Of a stretch of 19,637 nt of DNA, positions 16,104 to 19,637 are shown piece by piece. Origin of the DNA: Opitutus sp. GAS368. Lineage in GTDB: Bacteria; Verrucomicrobiota; Verrucomicrobiia; Opitutales; Opitutaceae. The DNA lies in NCBI GenBank assembly GCA_945861645.1, contig CAMAVZ010000030.1, forward strand, positions 1 to 19,637. Reading direction: 5' to 3'. The translations under genes were made by a program, and so were the position numbers. The notes under the pieces were generated by a model, which worked only from the letters and a program-made list of their open reading frames with translations, was not told the DNA's origin and made no database searches. The first letter of the stretch is position 1, and every line of letters begins with the position of its first letter.

Positions 16104-17519
16104 ATGAAAAAGCCCACGCGCCTTGCGACCTCGGCCAGATTAGTCTTGGCCGCTATTGTGCTCGTGCTGGCAGGAGCCATCGCTGGGATCACCGGTTGGT
16201 TGCGCGCTGATCTTCGCGCCCAAATTCTTCGCCGCGAAGGCGAATCACTCCATGCCGTTATGCTCATGCAGCAAACGCTCGAATCTGACCGTACCGGGCC
16301 AACGGGCGCCCATCGCGATGACGAGCAATTGGTTATTCTGGCCCTCCAAATCTCCCGGCTGCGGGGCGTGATCGGCGTTCAAGTTTTAGACCAGCGCGGA
16401 CAATCGATCCACACCATGCCGACCACGCTAGAACGGCCCGGCCCCAGCGACCGCGAGTGGCGGACTCTCCGTGCGCTGGCACCGGTGGTACGCTTTACGC
16501 CGCGCGCCTCCTTGGGCGCACTTTACGGTTTAGCCAACGACGCCAGCGAACAAAGCCCCCTCCTGGAAATTTCGGTGCCTCTGCATCAGCCCGCTCGCGC
16601 CACGCTTGACGGTGTAGCGCATTACGTGATCGAAGGCCAGCTCATCGCCCAAGAGTTTCGCTCACTCGACCAGGGTTTAATCTGGCAAGCTAGTTTAGTC
16701 TGGGCCCTCGCGGCCAGCGTTAGCGTAGGCGGAGTTGGGTTTGTGCTGCGCCGATTGGCGCACGCCAATAGCGCACTGCTCGCCCGGACGGAGGATTTAC
16801 TGCAAGCGAACCGGGCGTTGAGTTTAGCGGCCAAGACTTCTGCGCTGGGAGCAGTGACAGCCCATCTCGTCCACGGCTTGCGCAACCCCATCGCTGGTCT
16901 GGAAGCCTTTATCGAGGAACAGCGACCAGCGGAATCGCGCCAGCAAAATAGCGCATGGCGCGAAGCCGAAGCCACCGCCGGTCGTATGCGGAGCATGGTC
17001 AGCGAGGTAATTACTCTGCTCCAAGAAGAGTCGGCCGGCACAAGTTACGAACTAGCCGGCCACGAAATTCTCGCGACCGTGTCGCAGCGGATTGCCGCCG
17101 TGAGCATAAGCCAGCAAGTGACAGTCACCATCGAGGCCAACGCCTCCGACTCGCTCACCAACAATCAGGCGGGCCTGGTCACCGCCATTTTAGTGAATCT
17201 CGCCCAGAACGCGTGTGAAGCGGTCACTGCCGGCCGCGGCCAAGTAAAGTTAATCGCCGGTCGACTGAGCAGCGGCAGCCAAGAATTTAGGGTTGAAGAT
17301 AATGGGCCCGGTCTATCCGCCGAAGCCGTGGCAGAACTTTTTAGACCAAAGCAAAGCCGCAAACCCGGCGGCGCGGGCATCGGTCTGGCCATTAGTCGCC
17401 AATTAGCGATCCACCTAGGCGGATCACTTGAACTGGTAACCACCGGCTCGGCCGGAACGTCATGGCAATTGGTGATCCCTAAAACAAGCTCGCCCTCCGC
17501 AGGGATTACGACTCCATAA
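16104..17519 (+). CDS. Membrane sensor histidine kinase (2 TM, periplasmic domain, HisKA + HATPase_c)
   Basis: H-box AHLVHGLRNP, N-box LVNLAQNACEA, G1 VEDNGPGL, F-box LFRP, G2 GGAGIGLAIS. It starts 8 bp after the barrel gene's stop. Confidence 0.93.
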   Translation: MKKPTRLATSARLVLAAIVLVLAGAIAGITGWLRADLRAQILRREGESLHAVMLMQQTLESDRTGPTGAHRDDEQLVILALQISRLRGVIGVQVLDQRGQSIHTMPTTLERPGPSDREWRTLRALAPVVRFTPRASLGALYGLANDASEQSPLLEISVPLHQPARATLDGVAHYVIEGQLIAQEFRSLDQGLIWQASLVWALAASVSVGGVGFVLRRLAHANSALLARTEDLLQANRALSLAAKTSALGAVTAHLVHGLRNPIAGLEAFIEEQRPAESRQQNSAWREAEATAGRMRSMVSEVITLLQEESAGTSYELAGHEILATVSQRIAAVSISQQVTVTIEANASDSLTNNQAGLVTAILVNLAQNACEAVTAGRGQVKLIAGRLSSGSQEFRVEDNGPGLSAEAVAELFRPKQSRKPGGAGIGLAISRQLAIHLGGSLELVTTGSAGTSWQLVIPKTSSPSAGITTP

Positions 17520-17567
17520 AATTGTGGCCGAGTGACTGATCGCGAGCCCACCACCACCACCCCCCGC

Positions 17568-19637
17568 ATGCCTCGTGCCCTAACTTGGAATTTTTTATTC
17601 TTTCTGTCCGTCCTCGGTGCGCTGGCCCAAACGGAAGGTACTAAAAAATGGTCATTTTTGACGACGGGCGTGCTCTATAGCTCACCGGCGATCGGACCCG
17701 ACGGCACGATCTACGTCGGCTCAGAGGGCACGATTGCAAGTCAAAGCCGCCTGTACGCCATCAATCCGAATGGCTCGTTAAAATGGCAATTCGCTGGCGC
17801 CACCGATTGGATTGATTCTAGCCCAACCGTAACAGCCAATGGGACGATCTATGTGGGCTCCTGGGACGGTACGCTGTACGCCATCAATGCCGCGACCGGC
17901 ACAAGAAAATGGAGCTACCAAGCCGGAGGCTATATCGCCTCATCGCCCGCAGTTGCTACTGATGGAACCATCTATTTTGGCTCGGGTGATCGCAGTTTTT
18001 ATGCCTTGAACGCTAACGGCGTTAAGCAATGGAGTTATCCCGTCGCGGACTGGGTGGACACCTCGCCCGCCATTGGAGCCGATGGAACTATTTATTTTGG
18101 CAGCTGGGATGATAATGTCTACGCGCTGACCCCAAGCGGCACTCTGCGCTGGCAATATACCACGGGCGATTCCGTGCTATCGTCGCCCGCCATCGGGGCA
18201 AGTGGCGTGGTCTATATTGGCTCCGATGATAAAAAAATCTACGCGCTCAACGGCGCCACGGGGAATAAACTTTGGGAATATTTAACCGCCAGCGCGATCA
18301 GCGCTTCACCCGCGCTCGCGGCCGATGGCACCGTTTATGTGGGCTCAAGTGATGGCTATTTCTATGCGATCAATGGCACGACAGGGGCCCTCCATTGGCG
18401 CTACAATGTCGGCTCAGAGATTTATTCCTCCGCGGCAGTGCGCACAGATGGGACAATCGTCTTTGGCGCTAGTGACGGTTATTTGTACGCGCTCACCGCC
18501 AACGGGGCCCTGCAATGGCGTTTACTCACGGGAGATTATGTCGACTCATCCCCTGTCATCGCTGCCGATGGCGTCATCTATGTCGGCTCCACTGATAAAC
18601 GTTTGTATGCGGTCTATGGCAATAGTGCGCCGATCGCCTCGACCTCGAGTTGGCCCATGTTCCGCTTCAATCCAAGCCACCAAGGCAAAACCATCAGCGC
18701 CAATGCAGCGGCGCCAACCATTACAGCTCAACTCACCACCCAAACCGTCACGACCGGCGGCAGTGTCACTTTATCTATCACCGCGAGCGGTCCTGAACCG
18801 ATTAGCTATCAATGGCGAAAAGATGGTGCGGCCATTGCGGGAGCAACTTTCTCCAGCTTAACGCTCACCGCGGTTACCGCCACGAGCGCGGGCAACTACA
18901 CCGTCGTCGTGAGCAACAGTGGCGGGAGCGTAACGAGTAACGCAGCGACCCTAACCGTTACCCCAGCTTACTTCCCCCAACCCAGCGGCCTCGCCTTAGA
19001 CAGCGCAGGCCTGCTCTACGTCACCGACCAATCGACGAATACGGTTTATAAAATCGCTCCCAGCGGCGCCATTGCCTTAGTCGCCGGCACCAGCGGATCA
19101 GCCGGCAGCACTGACGGCAGCGGCGCTGCGGCGCGTTTTAATCAGCCGCGCGGCCTAACCGCCACCAGCAACGGCACCTTGAGTGTTACCGACACCGCTA
19201 ACTCCACCATTCGCCGCATCACAACCGACGGGGTCGTCACCACGCTCGCCGGCTCGCCCACGCTGCGCGGCAATCTCGATGGCGCAGGTACCAGCGCCAC
19301 GTTTTCATCTCCCGTCGGCCTTCAACTCGATAATAATGGCACGCTGTATGTGGCCGATGCCATGAATAACACCGTCCGGAAAATTACGGCCACCGGCATA
19401 GTCAGCACGTTGGCGGGCAACGCCGGCAGCACTGGGCTGCTTGACGGCACTGGCAGCGCCGCCCGTTTTAATAATCCCACCGGCATCGCGATCGATAGCA
19501 ACGGCACCAGCTATGTGGCAGACACCACCAATAATATTATCCGAAAAATCACTGCGACCGGCAGCGTTACCACTCTCGCCGGACTCGGCGGCGTCAGCGG
19601 CTCCACCAACGGCACCGGCAACGAAGCCTTATTTAAT
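17568..19637 (+). CDS. Large secreted/surface protein: 8 PQQ-type (BamB-like) propeller repeats + Ig-like domain + NHL repeats, 3' end outside the window
   Basis: Not in the ORF track because it has no stop. Open frame of 690 codons from ATG 17568 (in-frame GTG at 17532): signal MPRALTWNFLFFLSVLGALA|Q; eight repeats W.Y.TG..I.SSPAI..DGTIY.GS.D..LYA; Ig-like APTITAQ...SYQWRKDG...AGNYTVVVSN (about 18711-18960); at least four ~55-aa NHL repeats FN.P.G.A.D..G..YVAD..N..IRKI...G.VTTLAG. Confidence 0.92.
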   Translation, partial: MPRALTWNFLFFLSVLGALAQTEGTKKWSFLTTGVLYSSPAIGPDGTIYVGSEGTIASQSRLYAINPNGSLKWQFAGATDWIDSSPTVTANGTIYVGSWDGTLYAINAATGTRKWSYQAGGYIASSPAVATDGTIYFGSGDRSFYALNANGVKQWSYPVADWVDTSPAIGADGTIYFGSWDDNVYALTPSGTLRWQYTTGDSVLSSPAIGASGVVYIGSDDKKIYALNGATGNKLWEYLTASAISASPALAADGTVYVGSSDGYFYAINGTTGALHWRYNVGSEIYSSAAVRTDGTIVFGASDGYLYALTANGALQWRLLTGDYVDSSPVIAADGVIYVGSTDKRLYAVYGNSAPIASTSSWPMFRFNPSHQGKTISANAAAPTITAQLTTQTVTTGGSVTLSITASGPEPISYQWRKDGAAIAGATFSSLTLTAVTATSAGNYTVVVSNSGGSVTSNAATLTVTPAYFPQPSGLALDSAGLLYVTDQSTNTVYKIAPSGAIALVAGTSGSAGSTDGSGAAARFNQPRGLTATSNGTLSVTDTANSTIRRITTDGVVTTLAGSPTLRGNLDGAGTSATFSSPVGLQLDNNGTLYVADAMNNTVRKITATGIVSTLAGNAGSTGLLDGTGSAARFNNPTGIAIDSNGTSYVADTTNNIIRKITATGSVTTLAGLGGVSGSTNGTGNEALFN

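Noticed and set aside
17548-17565. (CCA)4 plus C-run before the surface protein gene as a phase-variation tract
   Set aside because: Too short, and a trinucleotide unit would not shift the frame. C-rich leaders are common here.
1094-19507. Remaining short ORFs nested in or antisense to the called genes (for example 1692-2111, 6655-7158, 8699-9148, 13659-14165, 18325-18861)
   Set aside because: Expected shadow frames in fairly GC-rich coding DNA, with no domain-like features.
17640-19637. Periodic nucleotide similarity resembling a repeat array
   Set aside because: Explained by degenerate protein repeats (PQQ-type and NHL blades). There are no identical repeats with unique spacers, so it is not CRISPR.

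Overview
Gene-dense bacterial chromosomal window, probably from a PVC-superphylum organism. Verrucomicrobiota/Opitutales is the best guess, inferred from the DUF1549/DUF1553-DUF1501 pair, an Ig+NHL surface protein and the near absence of Shine-Dalgarno motifs. Left to right: (1) a minus-strand cluster, in transcription order a di-haem DUF1549/DUF1553 planctomycete-type cytochrome, a Tat-exported DUF1501 protein, a PAL-like metallo-beta-propeller, a TMEM220-family membrane protein and an alpha/beta hydrolase (cut by the left edge); (2) tRNA-Leu(CAG); (3) an AraC regulator divergent from a THF-dependent aryl O-demethylase (LigM/DesA family) and a MetF-like gene; (4) a stand-alone fucose-isomerase-like gene; (5) a split two-component module: sigma-54 response regulator, -24/-12 promoter, small secreted helical protein, terminator, outer-membrane beta-barrel, and a histidine kinase with an atypical H-box; (6) a large secreted PQQ-type propeller + Ig + NHL protein cut by the right edge. 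I saw no CRISPR array, transposase or integrase. The best candidates for undescribed systems are module (5) and cluster (1). All family calls come from recognising motifs by eye, not from database searches.
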